The translations under genes were made by a program, and so were the position numbers. Below, piece after piece: positions 1-13,965 of a stretch of 64,000 bases of DNA (the stretch's first letter is position 1; each line of letters starts with the position of its first letter). The notes beneath the pieces are model-generated. The model ran no database searches and was not told the origin of the DNA. It worked only from the letters and a program-made list of their open reading frames with translations. Source of the DNA: the human T2T-CHM13v2.0 reference genome, Homo sapiens. The stretch lies in the NCBI RefSeq assembly GCF_009914755.1, contig NC_060930.1. One strand, 5' to 3'.

Positions 1-299
1 TTGACATTTATTTACTCTTTTTAATGATATTATATTATTTTTCTATTTCCAAAATTGATATTCAACACAAGCTTCCATAGTTAGAATTGTCTTATTTTGT
101 TAGATTTCAAAAATAATGCAGAACTCACTCTCAACCCTGCAACCGCTACTTCTTCATTGCCTAATTAACACTCTTCTAGTTTTTTGAAATCTGTGGTAAC
201 TTAAAATTATTTTTCCAAGGGTCTGAGAAATTCTGTATCTTATGAGTTTTAGCATACTAAGCATTGCACTTATACTTAAATAAAAATGTTTCTGCATTG

Positions 300-1500
300 A
301 GTTTTCCTGGGTGATACATTTTAATCAGAATTTATTTCTTGTTCCAGTGTCTTCTAGCAATTGAATGTTGCACTGGAGAAATCTGAGATGAGCTTGCTGT
401 CTTTTCCTTGTCTTTTTGCCTGAATCCATACTGTCTTTTCTGATTCTTTGAAATTTAACTTCATTGTACTTTTTCTTGATATTGGTTTTCTGTAGAGTTT
501 TTTCCTTGAGACACAGAGGTCACATTTAAGCAGAAGAATTAATTCTTTCTTTACTTCAGAAAAATTTTCTTTGGTCATGTACCTAAATGTGTATTTGTCT
601 CCTAGGTTTTTGTGCCTGAATAATACAAATGAGGCATATCACAATGACTTGCTCTTTTTTCTAATGTCTCTAATCTTTATTTATTACTTAATTATTTAAT
701 TTAATTTTTTCCTAGCAGTTCTGTCATTTTTCTTATTAAAGATTGTGTTACCAGTATAAAATATTTAATTTTGCTACTTCTATATGGCTCTGCTCTCAGT
801 TTTGAACATCCTTATTTTCCATTTATTTTCTGAAACATGAGACATATGAAAAATATTATTAGCTTTAGCTCATCTGTTAGCTAAATTTCATTTGTTTTCT
901 CTTCTCCTGTGTCTCAATAGAGAAATATTTTTATAGGGTCCTTTTTTTTTACCCTTTAATTTGGTTTAGAATATTGAACATTATTTTCTGGCAAATTCTT
1001 ACTTCTTCTAGAATTATTATTCTCATGTATAATATCTTTCTTGAAGTTTTGTATGTTTGTTTTCTGTTTTGGAGATATTCTGAATGAGTAAATTATCTGA
1101 TATTACTTACGATTTGTTTATTTGATAAAAGTGGTTTAATCTTGACCTTCTATGTGCTGAAAAATATGACAGAAGGAAGTGAAGAAATGAGCTAAAGCAG
1201 CTGGAAGCTGTAATCAGATTTTTCAAAACATTTTCTCTTGCGTGTTAGCTCCATTTGCTAATTTGGATGTATAGTGCCTCTCAGCTTTTTATCTTTCCAC
1301 TTCCTACGTTTGAGCAAGAGGTCATCATGACTCATTGGGAGGCTAAGTATAAGGTTAGGACTTTTTTTTTTTTTAATTTACATTTCTCTACTCAGTTGCC
1401 TCAGGTTAATAGCAGAAAACTTCTCTGTTTAACAAAGTAGGCCAAAAAAAAAGGATGTTTTTTTATGTCACGATATTTCTTCCATCATATTTTGGGTGTG
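300..1500 (-). mobile_element. Highly diverged old L1/HAL1-like remnant (ORF1 region)
   Basis: T-rich + strand with motifs such as aatgttgcactggagaaatctgagatgagc resembling antisense old L1 ORF1; boundaries approximate. Confidence 0.4.
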
Positions 1501-2346
1501 GAATTCAGTGGACCAATTTTCGTACCTTCTCTGTGATCCTATCCAAATCACTGAATTTTCATTGTTCTCATATTTTGCTTGGGTTTTCAAAAATGTGCTA
1601 CTTCTTGGTAGAAAAACCTGTACCCTGTCACTTTGTTCAGTATTTTAGTGTTAGGCAAGGAGGTTATAAGCATCTTAACAAATCACATTAACATGAGAAT
1701 CGTGTGCTTGACTGTTTATTTGTTCACTCTGTATGCATATCTTTGTGAATGTGTATGTGAGTTCCTAAGTGTATGTGCTGGAGGCATGATTATAAAGAGT
1801 AAAGATATACAAGTACTTATTTCAGTGTTTTCTTTTTGTCCACTACAACCAGAGAAATAATACATTTAGTGTCATCAACTTAGAAACAATCTAATATTCT
1901 TTTTTATTCATGAACTAGGAAACTTTTTAAAATAGCAAAACGTTATTTTAAATTATTTCTGAAGGTGTAATCTATCTGTAGGCACAGTTTGATCATATTA
2001 TTGATAACTTTTATATTTTATGGATTCTACTTCCTCATACTGAGCACAGTCTACCATGGTCTCTTCCTTTAAGCATTTTTTATTTTTTGTATCTTTTACA
2101 TACAAGTTCTGATATATAAATCTGAGCAGCTACCACAAAGCTTGTCTCAGTCATTGCAACTATTATTATCTCATTCTCACAGGGAACAATGAGTTTTAAG
2201 TTATTTTTCAGCCTTTCTGCAGTTTTTCACCATTCTCCACTGGGGATGTTCTACTGATCTGAAAACTTCAAGCTGCCAAACTACCAATGTGTTCTGTGGT
2301 TCCCATACTTGTAAATTACACACAGTTAAAGAGGTTACTACACATT

Positions 2347-2675
2347 TGCAATATACTGACAGTTTGTGTTTTCCCAAATTCATATGCTGAAATCCAAGCC
2401 CCTCAATGTGATGGTATGAGAAGGAGGGGACTTTGTAAGTTATTAGATCAATTAGCAGAGCCCTCATGAATGTAATTAGTGTCCTTATTAAAGAGACACT
2501 GGAGAGCTCCCATGTCCTTTACGCCATCTGAGATCTCAGGGAAAAGAAAGCCATAGATGAACCAGAGAGTGGGCCTTCACCAGACACTGAATCCACCAGT
2601 TCCTTGACCATGGATTTCCCAGGTTCCAGAGCTGTAAGAAACATATTTCTGCAGTAGCTGGAGTAGTCTAAAACA
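2347..2675 (+). mobile_element. MaLR solo LTR, MLT1A/MLT1A0-like
   Basis: TG...CA ends; motifs cccaaattcatatgctgaaatcc, gagccctcatgaat, ccttcaccagacactgaatc, ctaaaaca; near-matching 5-bp TSD acatt/acact; about 40 bp missing near the 3' end relative to recalled consensus. Confidence 0.85.
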
Positions 2676-2685
2676 ACACTGTTGC

Positions 2686-2716
2686 TGTGTGTGTGTGTGT
2701 GTGTGCTTGTGTGCGC
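2686..2716. repeat. (TG)n microsatellite
   Basis: tgtgtgtgtgtgtgtgtgtg...gtgtgcgc read directly. Confidence 0.9.
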
Positions 2717-4329
2717 ACTTGCCATTTTTTACTTAAATAACTTTTTTAAAATGTCATGTTGTGTACTTTAAATATATACATAAAATATTTATTTATTTAA
2801 GATCCAAGCATAAGTCCATAGACTGGACAGGTGATACATGTTAACGACAGATGCCATGATCTGGAAATGAGGATCATTCCCATGAACACCAAGGTTTTGT
2901 TAATAAAAGTAACTCAATGAGCATGTGTGCAACTTCCTTTAAAATAAGATTTATTTCATATACTCATCAATTCTTCATGAAAGTAAAATCTATAAAAGCT
3001 CAGTCTACCATTTCTCAATTATTTCCACCCATGCCTGAATCTGAATGGCTTAGATAATTTGACTTAAAGCTAAGAAACCTCCTATAATGCATTATGTATA
3101 TAAAATATGTTTTGATTGCATTACTACATGATTGCCTAGTAGGTAATTTTATGTTTAAAATATGAATATTTTGACTAACTAAATTGCTTTATTTAACTTA
3201 CATTTTTCAGGTTATTAATAATATTCTTTATGAACTTGCTTGCATGAAGTATACTAATCTTTTAGATAATTGTATTAGTTGTATCTTCAGTCTTCAACCT
3301 TGGAAGTACTTTCTAAGCACTTTCTTGAACCTACCTTTGAGGTTAAATCATTCAGTCATTAATATTTTAAAAAGACTAAATGGAAAGATATGCTCATAAA
3401 GTCCAGACGTCTTTGTCACTGATATAATAGGGCAATGAGACAATTTTCTTCCTAAGAACCGGAAGATAGTTCTGTCCGTTCTGTGTTGGCTCATTTATCT
3501 CTGTTACATTGATGAATTCATTTTCATGACAATACTTGGTCTGAATAATGAAAAGCTAGAAGAATGTCTGATGGTCAAAATGGAATATTTAAAATTTTCG
3601 TTCCAATTATAGCTAAGCATCATTTTGAGATTCACCATTGAGATGATCAATCACTTTGGGTGAACAAAAAATGTTAGATGATATTTTTCAGCTAAATTAC
3701 ATGTCATTTGAATAGTGTAATCTCTCCTGAAGCATTATTAAGCCAGTGTGAACTGGAAGTCATTATTATCTTCTTAAAAACCAATGTATAAAATATAACA
3801 ATGTGTTTTCAACTTTTCATTCACCATGAATTTGAATACACGTTATAAAAACTGTTTATTTGAAAGAAACATAACCTTTATAAAACAAATTAACTTTTTT
3901 GAATGTCCATTAGTTAAATAAATTTATTGGTTCTGTTCTTAGTCAAAAGTGAAGTAGATGATTGTTTCTACAAGGTTATTTAAAGTACTTTTTCAAACTT
4001 TAGTGGACCTGTGAAGCTTATGAAGATCTGAGTGAAGTTTTACATTTTTAACGAGTCCTGCCATGTCCACATGGACTAGTGAAAATACGATGCCAATTTT
4101 TCTCTGTAAGAAATTCATATAGTTGGACTTGAGCCTGTTGTTTGGCAGTTAAGATATATACAACCTTGAAAGAAATAATGCTTAAAATTTCTTGAAAATA
4201 TATTATGTTTTTTATAATTACATGTGGGAAAACTTAGTTTCATTTCTGAGTGATTTTGAGCCAAATTTTGGCTTATGAGTTTTAACAGCAAGACAATATT
4301 ATCTTGCTTCATTGTTATTATGAATTGAA

Positions 4330-4990
4330 AAAGAAATTGTTAAACAAAAAGCAATCAGAACTTGAATATTTGGAAAATCCTCAGCCTACCCATATTGCAA
4401 GAAAATGAACAGCTTGTTCTGAAAAGAAGGTTAAAGATGCGGCCAACCAACCACTTGACAAAATGTGGCATTATACAACCAGAAACATTTCCAGTTTGAA
4501 CCGAAGGGAACAGAGATGGACTAAATTAAGGAAGGCTCTTTGACTTTTGGGATTTGGCAGGGCAGGATGGTAGAACTATTAGGCTATGAACATGCATTAT
4601 TTTTCAAAGAGAGTAAAAAATGATCCCAAAGGCAATTCAGACATCATCAGGGTCACCAGCAAGGTATCAACCGGTTAGAAGGCTTACATGAAGCTTTGTG
4701 TGTGGGATTATTGCCTTGAGCTGTGGGGGTCTTGCTGCCATATTACTGGGCCCAGAAGTCCAGACATGGAACCAAAGAGGATTATTCTCAAGCCTTAAGA
4801 TCTAATGAATTTTGCCTCGGGATGAATTGTACCTTGATTATACCCATATCAAATTTAAATAATATTTAGATGAGACTTTGGACTTTAGAGTTGGTGCTGA
4901 AATAAATTAAGACTCTAGGGACTGTTGAGATGGAATGAATGCATTTTGCACATAAGAAAGACATGAACTTTGAGGGGCCAGAGAGGAAGG
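4330..4990 (+). mobile_element. MaLR internal sequence fragment (MLT1-int-like)
   Basis: Motifs tttggaaaatcctcagcct, gaggattattctcaagccttaagatctaatg, gatgagactttggacttt and terminal gacatgaactttgaggggccagag typical of the MaLR internal 3' end. Confidence 0.7.
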
Positions 4991-5792
4991 TACTTTTGAG
5001 GAAACCTCTAAATAATTGAAATAGTGAGATAAGTTTGATATGGGTAGGATATGTCAAGAATGTATTGGGAGAAGTGTGGTAACCCGGGAGAGACAATGAG
5101 TCAGATATGGTAGGAGGAGGAAAAACAAATAAACAAAAAATAAATAAAACAAAGACAGGGAGTAAAAGAGAGATGGGGGTCTAGAAGGAGAGGGAGAGAA
5201 AGAGAGAATGTATATTCTAAAGTGTTATGGGCAGGTGTGAGCATATAGTTATTATTAGTAATGAGAACAACTTGGATTTCTTTTCCTTTTAAAAATTTGT
5301 ATACATACAATAATTAAGAGTTTTTTAATGCTTTAAATGCAGATTAATTGAGTGCTTACACTGTGAAAAGCATCTTACTGATTAATATGAAAAATTAGAA
5401 AAGCTCTCTAAATCTTAATTGAAGATGCCTAACTGACTGACAGAATGCTAACAAAGGGAAAAATCGCTATTGTTTGTGTGATATTATTTAAGATATCTTA
5501 TTCGGATTCACTGTCATTATCTGAGAGGAAAAAGAAATATGGCTAGGGAATTGAACAAGGCCTTTGTTTATCCTGTTTTGTATACGAATATTCCTGCCAT
5601 TCAAACTTGATTTTACTTGCGGGATGGTTCCTGGACTTTTGAGCTCATGATCCTACAGCATTAGAAGTCTGTGATAGAAGAAATGCTCTTTTTGATCATT
5701 TCTCTCTCTTTATATGTCCTCTTCCCTGCCGAAGGGTCTCCTAATTTCACAGCATCAATCCCTCAGTATGTTTGTGATACCCACATATTTTT

Positions 5793-6148
5793 ATTTTGTT
5801 TTAGTTTAGTTTAGTTTAGTTTAGTTTAGTTTAGTTTAGTTTAGTTTAGTTTAGTTTAGTTTAGTTTAGTTTAGTTTAGATTGAGACAGAGTCTTGCTCC
5901 GTTGCCCAGGCTGGAGTAGAGTGGCACGATCTTGCCTCACTGAGATCTCTGCCTCCCAAGTTCAAGCAATTCTCCTCCCTCAGCCTCCTGAGTAGCTGAG
6001 ACTACAGGTGTGTACCACTACGCCCAACTAATTTTTTTTTTTTTAGCAGAGATGTGACTTCACCATGTTGGACAGACTGATCTTAAACTCCTGGCCTCAA
6101 GTGATCCACCTGCCTCGGCCTGCCAAACAGCTGGGACTGATTACAGCA
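5793..6148 (-). mobile_element. Alu (S/J-type), slightly 5'-truncated, with 17-bp TSD
   Basis: gagacagagtcttgctccgttgcccaggctggag...caagtgatccacctgcctcggcc; TSD gatacccacatattttt at 5776-5792 and 6149-6165. Confidence 0.95.
5800..5879. repeat. (TTTAG)16 pentanucleotide microsatellite in an Alu tail
   Basis: 16 perfect TTTAG units counted, abutting the antisense Alu 3' end. Confidence 0.95.
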
Positions 6149-6527
6149 GATACCCACATATTTTTCTGTGCATTTCCCTTGACCCACACCCTTCCTTCAG
6201 CATCACATTTGCATCTTTATTTAGCTCCCCTTATTTCTGATTTTCTTCATCCTCAGGTTTCCCCCTGCCACGTCCTTCTTCCTAAAACATAACCACACTG
6301 ATCTCTGTTCTTTTTTATTATGATTTCAGTTCTTTCTTTAGGGTCTACTGGTCTGTTGGGAAGCAAATATTTTTCTTTAGTACTACCAACCCTTACATGA
6401 AGTGCCTTTCCTTATATCTCTAATATCCAATTCAGATTTCCCATTTTAGGATTTATTCTCCCTTCACCTACTAGATTCAAATAACTCATGCTTTTTTGCT
6501 TCTTACATGTCATCAATGAGGTACTGT

Positions 6528-7444
6528 CAGGGTGAGCTTCCTGGATGTGCAACTAGTGCATTGTCATTGACACCTGAGCTCAAAAGAGCCCACACTTAGG
6601 GTTTAATGCTCTGTGGTTGTCATCTTGACACTCTCAATAGCTTTCTGTTTGAACTTAATGTTTTCTCAGCGGATTCTGATGAGGCCATGGAGCATGTCCC
6701 TCTTCTTGGATCCTCAGAAGTGCCTCTTGCCACTGCCATGGGACCTGTTCTTGGTTGCTCACTCCCCTATACACTTGCATTCTGGGCTTCTCAAGGTCTC
6801 TGTCTCTCTGTCCTGATCCAGAGACCACTACCACACTCCCCTTCCTGGGTGTGTGTGTGGAGAGGATCAGAGTCAGGTTGGCATGCCCCTTACAGTCTTG
6901 AGAAGAGGTACTGGGGAGGGTGACCCCTCCCCTGGTTGGCAGTTTCACAGTGTATCTGGGGAGCAGCCAGACAGAGGCTGCTTTCTTGTGGGATCAAAGC
7001 TCTCATTGGTCCCCAGTTCAGCTACTGAGCAAGTTCTTGTGTATGTATTTAAACATTCTTGACATGTTTGGGTATTGCCTTTCTGCAAGTATCCCTGTCC
7101 CCGACTACATGAGTGCTCCCTAGACCAACCTCATGCCTTTCTTGGACAGATTCTGTCTTCCACCAAAGGAGACAAGTTTGCATTCATCTCTTTTGACTAT
7201 TTAGAGGGAGCCTCCAGAAATAAGCAAAGGAATTATGCTAATGATTTAAAACCTTGATTTGTTTTTATTTACAATAACATTAAATAAAAAAATAAAGCCA
7301 CCATGACAAATTAAAGAAGAGAGCACAGGAAAAAAAGAAAGACCTTTATATGTACAATTGGCAGCACTTTTTACTTGATATTTGAACTAAAAGCCCTGCA
7401 TTTTCATTTTACACTGGGCCCCACAACTTATGTATCTGATCCTG
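6528..7444 (+). mobile_element. MER45-family (MER45B/C-like) non-autonomous hAT-Tip100 DNA transposon
   Basis: Left end cagggtgagcttcctggatgtgcaact...ggtttaatgctctg and right end gccctgcattttcattttacactgggccccacaacttatgtatctgatcctg match recalled MER45 termini; about 0.92 kb. Confidence 0.8.
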
Positions 7445-7949
7445 CTCGATGTCTCATATTTTGTGACACTCTGGGACACAGACCACCAGCCATAGGCCCA
7501 CTGCCCCTGGTCTTGCCCCAGCATTTATTTTTCCTACCCCAATGTGGTGTGCCACTTCCTTTTAGGATCTTGTTACTGTAAGTCCATCCACTCATTCACT
7601 TTAAAAATGTTTTTTTTTAAGTAAAAGGGTCAGTTGATTTTTAAAAAGCATATAATGATAATCGATATACAGATGTAAAAATATTAAGGTGGAACAGAAA
7701 TTCTACTAAATAAATAACTGAGTAATGGGCTCCATTAAAGTCCTCTTTGCTTGAAACATAGAATACTTGTGCTTCTCTTGAGTGGATATTGAATAATGCA
7801 GCTTATGAATTAAGCAGTACCAAAAGAAATTCCTATTTCTCCTTTAATATTGTAAAACAAAAAAGTTACTGGAATGGGATTTCCAGTGACATTCTGAAAA
7901 GGTGATATATCTCTGAGGAAGGTATCCTTGAACAGTTAAAAGAATGGGG

Positions 7950-8100
7950 ATTGGTGAGGAGAAGGGTTAAGTGGAAATCTAGGGCTCTGAATTTACTTCT
8001 AGGAGGCTTTTGCCAAGTGTGATAGATAACATCTCTAGCACTGAGTTCTCATCTGTACAATAGCGAGAACAGTAGTTTTTACACAGTTGAATAACAACCA
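7950..8100 (+). mobile_element. MIR fragment
   Basis: Degenerate core aacatctctagcactgagttctcatctgtacaatagcgagaacagtag. Confidence 0.5.
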
Positions 8101-8162
8101 CATGAATATTAATACTTTACAAGTAGTAGGAAATATACAAATATTTATTAATAGTAATTGTA

Positions 8163-8342
8163 CCTCTCTAGTATCTGGGACTAAAAGTGTGTGGCAACAC
8201 ACCCAGCTAATTTTTGTTTTTTAGTGGAGACAGAGTTTCGCCATGTTGACCAAGCTAGACTTGAACTCCTGGCCGCAGGTGATTTGCCCGCCTTGGCCTC
8301 CCAAAGTGCTGGGATTATAGGCGTGAGCCACCGCACCAGGCC
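8163..8342 (-). mobile_element. Partial Alu (left arm plus start of right arm; 3' part absent)
   Basis: cccagctaatttttg...gccttggcctcccaaagtgctgggattataggcgtgagccaccgcaccaggcc. Confidence 0.9.
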
Positions 8343-9812
8343 CGCTTCAGAATTCTTTACAAGGGATTAGATACAAAGATTGGAGTTATTTAATAGTTTT
8401 TGTTTCCAATTTTCCCACAGTGAAATTTAGTTTGGCACTATGAGGTACCAACTAAATAAATTTAAATAACTGAATTTTTCTCTTTTAACAATGTAGAATG
8501 TGAAAGATCTATCTGACCATGCTCTTTTTCATTTACTATTGCATCCTTAACATTTTCCATGCAATTGAATATTCTTATCTGATGTTATTATACATGAAAC
8601 ACAATGAGGTCAAAATTGATTTAATTGATTATTCAATTTAGATAATGTGATTGTTTTTAACTTTTCAATGTTATAAGCAAATGAGATTTCTTAGGACTGA
8701 ATTTTTTGAAATATGATTATTTATTTATATTTTATTATTAAATAAAGTAATTGCTAAGCTAAGGATAGCCACATAAAAGTTTGATAATTAATTGTTTTGT
8801 TTTTATTTTTTAGAGGGCAGGAGAGTTAATGAAGTTAACATAGGAACCTTAAAAATAACTTGCTTGTTTTCAAGCAAATTTAAGTAGCACATGATTATTA
8901 TTAGTTATTTCATTGAATTCACCTGGCAGTTTTCAAATAATATTAAGGATAATTGGACTATTAAGTAGCCAACTTCTTATATTAAAAACAATAACAGAAT
9001 GGGCCACTACAAGAAGTGACCACAATCTTGGCAAATGTAAGAAAATTCAGTCAATTAATTATAACATTTCCCTACTATACACAAAGTAGTGTATGGTATG
9101 AATAGAAAGTAACATAAAAAATTGTTATATAAGACTCAGAGCATTTGTAAATTTCTGGTAATATGGTCTGGTCACTTATTTGCCTAAATTAAGGTAAGCA
9201 AAATAAAGATCATGATCAATTAAAAAAACAACTATTTGTGTTAATAACATGTGTATGCTTGCCACGACTGTTGAAGGAAACAAACTATCTACATCTTAGT
9301 GTCTTTTGTTCAGTAAGCAAAATATTTCAAAATCATTCCATGATATGCCTCATCAAGCCACTGCTTCATTTCTTCCTGCATAATTTTGACAGAACTGTTT
9401 GGAAAATCAATGCCTCAGAGCTGTTTTGGATTTACTGCTGAATCCAATTATAGTGTATTATCATAAAAACCATCAAAATGAAAATTACTGATGGAGCTTG
9501 TTTTGTGAGCATGCAACTGTTAACTCTTTTAAATATAAATATTTTAATAGCACAATTTCTCACTATTATGGAAAAGAAAAAAGAAATAAAATTTCTAATA
9601 TGGAAAAATAAACCATTTAAATTTAAACAAAGTTTTTACTTAAAAAATATGCAATGCTATTTTATACACAATTCACAGATGAGCACTTTAAGCGGCTATG
9701 ATTAACAATACTTGGCCAAAATTGTATGAGAACATTATTATGCAAAAGCAATAGATGTTTTTAAATTTTGGTTTAAAATTTTATATGTCCCAAATATACT
9801 TATGATTTTAAG

Positions 9813-10014
9813 CAGAGGTTGACATACAGCAGCCACTGGGGCAACACCGGCCCCTCCCCCTCATTTACTTACAGTTTATTTGTGTTGTGCTCTACAACAG
9901 CAGAATGAATAGTTGTGACAGAAATCATATGGCAAGCAAAGTTTAAAATATATGCTATTGGCCCTATGCAGCAAAACAAACAAAACAAAACCTAAAAAAA
10001 AACTACTAGCCCTC
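9813..10014 (+). mobile_element. MER58A-like hAT-Charlie MITE
   Basis: cagaggttgacatac... start; ctacaacagcagaatgaatagttgtgacagaaatcatatggc...aaaatatatgctattggccct motif. Confidence 0.7.
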
Positions 10015-10154
10015 ATTAAATGTAGATTTTTAAATAACAGTTTTAAAATTTCAGAAAGGGTTTGGATCTTTAAAATGATCTTAAATTAGAGGTACATAAT
10101 TGAGACCAGTGAATTTTTTAGTAATTCTATTAAAGTTAAAATAAAACAAAAACC

Positions 10155-10400
10155 ATAAAATGTATTCATTGTAAGTACACAATTTGATGATTTTTAGTAA
10201 ATTGATACATTTGCACAACCATTATCCCCCAAATTATCTTCATATCAGTTTGTAGTCAATTCCTGTTCCCAACCCGAGCCCAAGGAACCACTGATAGACT
10301 CAATAGTTTTTCATTTCCTAAAGGAATTTATACAAATAGAGTCATACAATATGTAATCCTTTGTTCTTGATTATGTGTCAGATATCAGTTTTACTATTTT
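10155..10400 (-). mobile_element. Old L1 (L1ME/MC-like) 3' UTR fragment
   Basis: taagtacacaatttgatgattttt...ccaaggaaccactgatagact...gagtcatacaatatgtaatcctttg. Confidence 0.6.
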
Positions 10401-10665
10401 CAAGAAGCATATCTAATGTTTAATATGTGTTCTCATAGGTAGTACGAACCAGCTTTAAATTCATTAATTTTTTTTCTTTCTTTTATTTTTCTTGTCTTTA
10501 TTTTGCTGTTGCATTCCTAATTTATTGAGGTGAGCTACACATTCATTTCCTAAACTCTCTTTATTATAAGCGTAATTATATTTAGAGAGATGTGATAGAA
10601 GTGAAAATACGTGAAGATAGTTAATATCTATTATCCCCACAGTAGGGGATAACATTCCCTTTTCC

Positions 10666-13600
10666 TTTCATTTGTAGTTGACATTTAATAATTGTACATA
10701 TTTATGGGATGTAGAGTAATATTCAGATACACATATGCAACATGTAATGATTAAATTGTGGTAATTAGTATATCCACTTTATCAATTCTTTGCTTTGTGA
10801 TTATTCCACATCTTCTCTTACAGCTTTTTGGAAATATGTAATAAATTATAGTTAACAATATTCACCCTACAGTGTTGCAGACACCAGAAATCATTCCTAC
10901 TATCTAGCTGTAATTTTGTATCCTTTAACCAACCTCCTCCCCCAACTCTCCCCTTTCCCCTTGCCAGCCCATAATACCCACAATTCTACTGTCTACATCA
11001 ACGAGCTCAAAAAATATTTTAGTTCCCAGGTATGAGTGAGAATACATGGTATTCATCTTTGTGTGCCCGACTTATGTTCACATAATGTCCTCCTGTTCCA
11101 TCTATGTTGCCATTAATGACAGAATTTTAATGTTTTATGGCTGAACAGCATTACATTTGTGCATATATATGACATTTTTTTGCTCATTTCTTAATAAACA
11201 TTTAGGTTGATTTCATATATTAATTTTGTAAATACAGCTGCAATAAACATGGGGGTGCAGGAATCTCTTTGATATACATGTTTCCTTTCCTTTGAATAAA
11301 TACCCAGTGACAATATTTCTGGATCTTATGGTACCTCTATTTTCACTTTTTTGAAATCCCCCATGCTGTTTTCCATAATGGCTCTACCAATTAATGTTCC
11401 CATTAACAATATGAGTTCCTTATTCTCTGCATCCTTAAGAGCATTTATTTTTCTGTCTTTTTTATAACAAATAATCTATCTTGGATAAGATGATATCATA
11501 GTGTGGTTTTGACTTGTAATTCCCTAATAATTAAGGATGAGCAGTTTTTCATATACTTGCTGGCCATTAATATGTCTTCTCTTGAGAAATGTCCATTAAG
11601 ATAATTTTTCTACTTTCAAATTTTTTTTTCTGCCAAGTTGTTTGAGTTCCTTGTATATGCTGGATACTAGTCCCTTGTAGGATGAAGAGTTTGTAAATAC
11701 TTTCTCTTCACCCTATTCATAGTTTCCTTTGCTATGCAGAATCAAAATAGTTTAGCACAGTCAGTTTTGTCTATTTTTGTTTTTGTTGCCTGTGTTTTTG
11801 AAGTCTTAGCCATAAAATCTTCGTCTAAAACAATGTCCTGGAGTGTTTTCACTACGTATTCTTCTAGAAGTTTTATAGTTTCAGGACATATGCTTAAGTA
11901 TGTAATTTATTTTTAATTTATTTTTGTATATCAGAAGTAGGAGTCTAGTTTCATTCTTCTCCATATGGATATCCAGATTTCCCAGCATCATTTATTGAAC
12001 AGAATGTCCTTTCCCAATATATGTTCTTGACACTTTTGTCAAAAATCTGTTGTCTTTAAATATGTGGATTTATTTCTGGGCTGTCTCTTCTGTTCCTTTG
12101 GTCTATTTATCTGTTTTTATGCAAGTACCATGCTGTCTTTGTTGCTATAGCTTTATACTATGTTTTGAAATCAGGTAAGTGTGACACCTCCAGCTTTGTT
12201 CTTTTTGCTTAGTATTGTTTTGGCTATTTGGGGTGTTTTATGGTTCTATATAAGTTGTATAATTGGTTTTTAATTTCCGTGAAAAATGTCATTGATATTT
12301 TGATAGAGATAAGATTGAATCTGTAGTTTGCTCTGTGTGGTTTGGTCATTTTAACAATATTAATTCTTTAATTCAAGAGCATGAGGTATCTTTTCAATTG
12401 TTTATGTCCTCTTCACTTGCTTTCATCAGTGTTTTATAGTTTGTTATAGTAGTCTTTGGCCTAGTTAAATTCATTACTAGTTATTTTTAAGCTACTATAC
12501 ATGGATTGATTGCATTTTTTATTTATCTTTTCAGCTAGTTTGTGGTTGATGTAGAGAAATGCTACTGATTTTGTATACTGCACCTTTATTGAATTCATTG
12601 GTTAGTTCTAACAGCTTTTGACAGCATCTTTCGGTTTTTCTATATGTAAGATTATATTGCCTGCAAAGAAGGATGGTTTTACTCCCTTTTCCAACTTGGA
12701 TCTCCTTCCTTTATTTATTTCTTTTGCTTATTTCTGTAGCTAAGACTTCCAGTCCTATGTTGAATAAAAGTAATAAGAGTAGACATTCTTTGTAGAATTT
12801 GTATAGGAAACTCTTTCAGCTTTTCTCCAGTTGTCATGATGTTAGGTGTGGGCTTGTCATAAATGGCCTTTATTATATTGAGGTATGTTCTTTCTATGTC
12901 TAATATGTTGAGAGGTTTTATCATGAAGGGATACTGAATTTTTGAAAGATTTTCTGCATCTATTGAGATAAGCTTATGGATTTTGTTCTTCATTCTGTTG
13001 ATGTGCCGCATTTATTGATTTGAGTATAATGAGATCAAGGGATAGATTACTTGATCATGGTGCATTATTTTTATAATGTGCTGCTGGATTTGATTTGCTA
13101 GTATTTTGCTGATATTTTTTGCATTTATGCTCATTGGGGATATTGGCCTGTATTTTGTTGTTGTTGTTGTTGTTGTGTCCTTGTCTGGTTTTGGTGTCAA
13201 GGTAATGCTGGCCTCCTGATTCAAACTGGGAAGAATGTTCTCTTCTTCAATTTTTTGTTATAGTTTGAGAAGAATTTATGTTAATTCTCTTTACAGTTTT
13301 GACAGAAATCAGGAGTGAAGCCATCTGGTCCTGGCATTTCCTTTTTTAGGGAGATTAATCATTACTGATTCAATCTCATTACTGGTTTTTGATCAGTTCA
13401 GTTCAAGGTTTCTATTTCTTCCAAGTTCGGTCTTGGTAGGTTTCATGTGTTAAGGAATTTATTGATTTCCTCTAAATTTTCCAATTTGTGAGTGTAGAGC
13501 TGTGTATAATAGCCTCTAATGATCCTTTGTTTTTCGATGGTATCAGTTGTGATGTATCTTTTTTTTGTTTGTTTCTGATTTTACTTTTTGGGTCTTCTCT

Positions 13601-13965
13601 TTTTATTTTCAGTTCATCCAGTTAGCAGTTTATTAATTTTGTTTATCATTTCAAAAAAACAACTTTTTTTTGGTTGATTTTTTGTATTTTTTTTAGTCTT
13701 TATTTTATCTGTGTCTTCTCTGATCTCTATTATTCCTTTCCTCCTATCAATTTTGGGTTTGGTTTGTTCTAGCGCATTGTTAAGTTTTTTTTTTTTATTT
13801 GAAATCTTTGTACTTTTTTTGATTTGGCACTTTTTTTGCTATAAACTTCTGTCTTAGCACTGCTTTTGCTATATCCCACAGGTTTTTGGAATTTTGTGTT
13901 TCCATTTTAATTTGTTTCATGACTTTTTCTAAATTTCCTTCTTAATTTTTTCATTGGCCCAATGG
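10666..13965 (-). mobile_element. L1MA5/6-like LINE-1, 3' UTR and most of ORF2 (decayed)
   Basis: Antisense L1MA 3' end (aataattgtacatatttatgggatgtagag); ORF-track peptides 12715-13224 ([35 protein letters not shown]) are ORF2 RT fragments. Confidence 0.92.

Noticed and set aside
5800-5879. Telomere-like or CRISPR-like repeat
   Set aside because: Unit is TTTAG, not TTAGGG; no spacers; it sits exactly at an Alu tail.
10631-10652. Terminator-like hairpin ttatcccc-acagta-ggggataa
   Set aside because: An 8-bp stem is expected by chance in 64 kb, and bacterial terminators are irrelevant in primate DNA.
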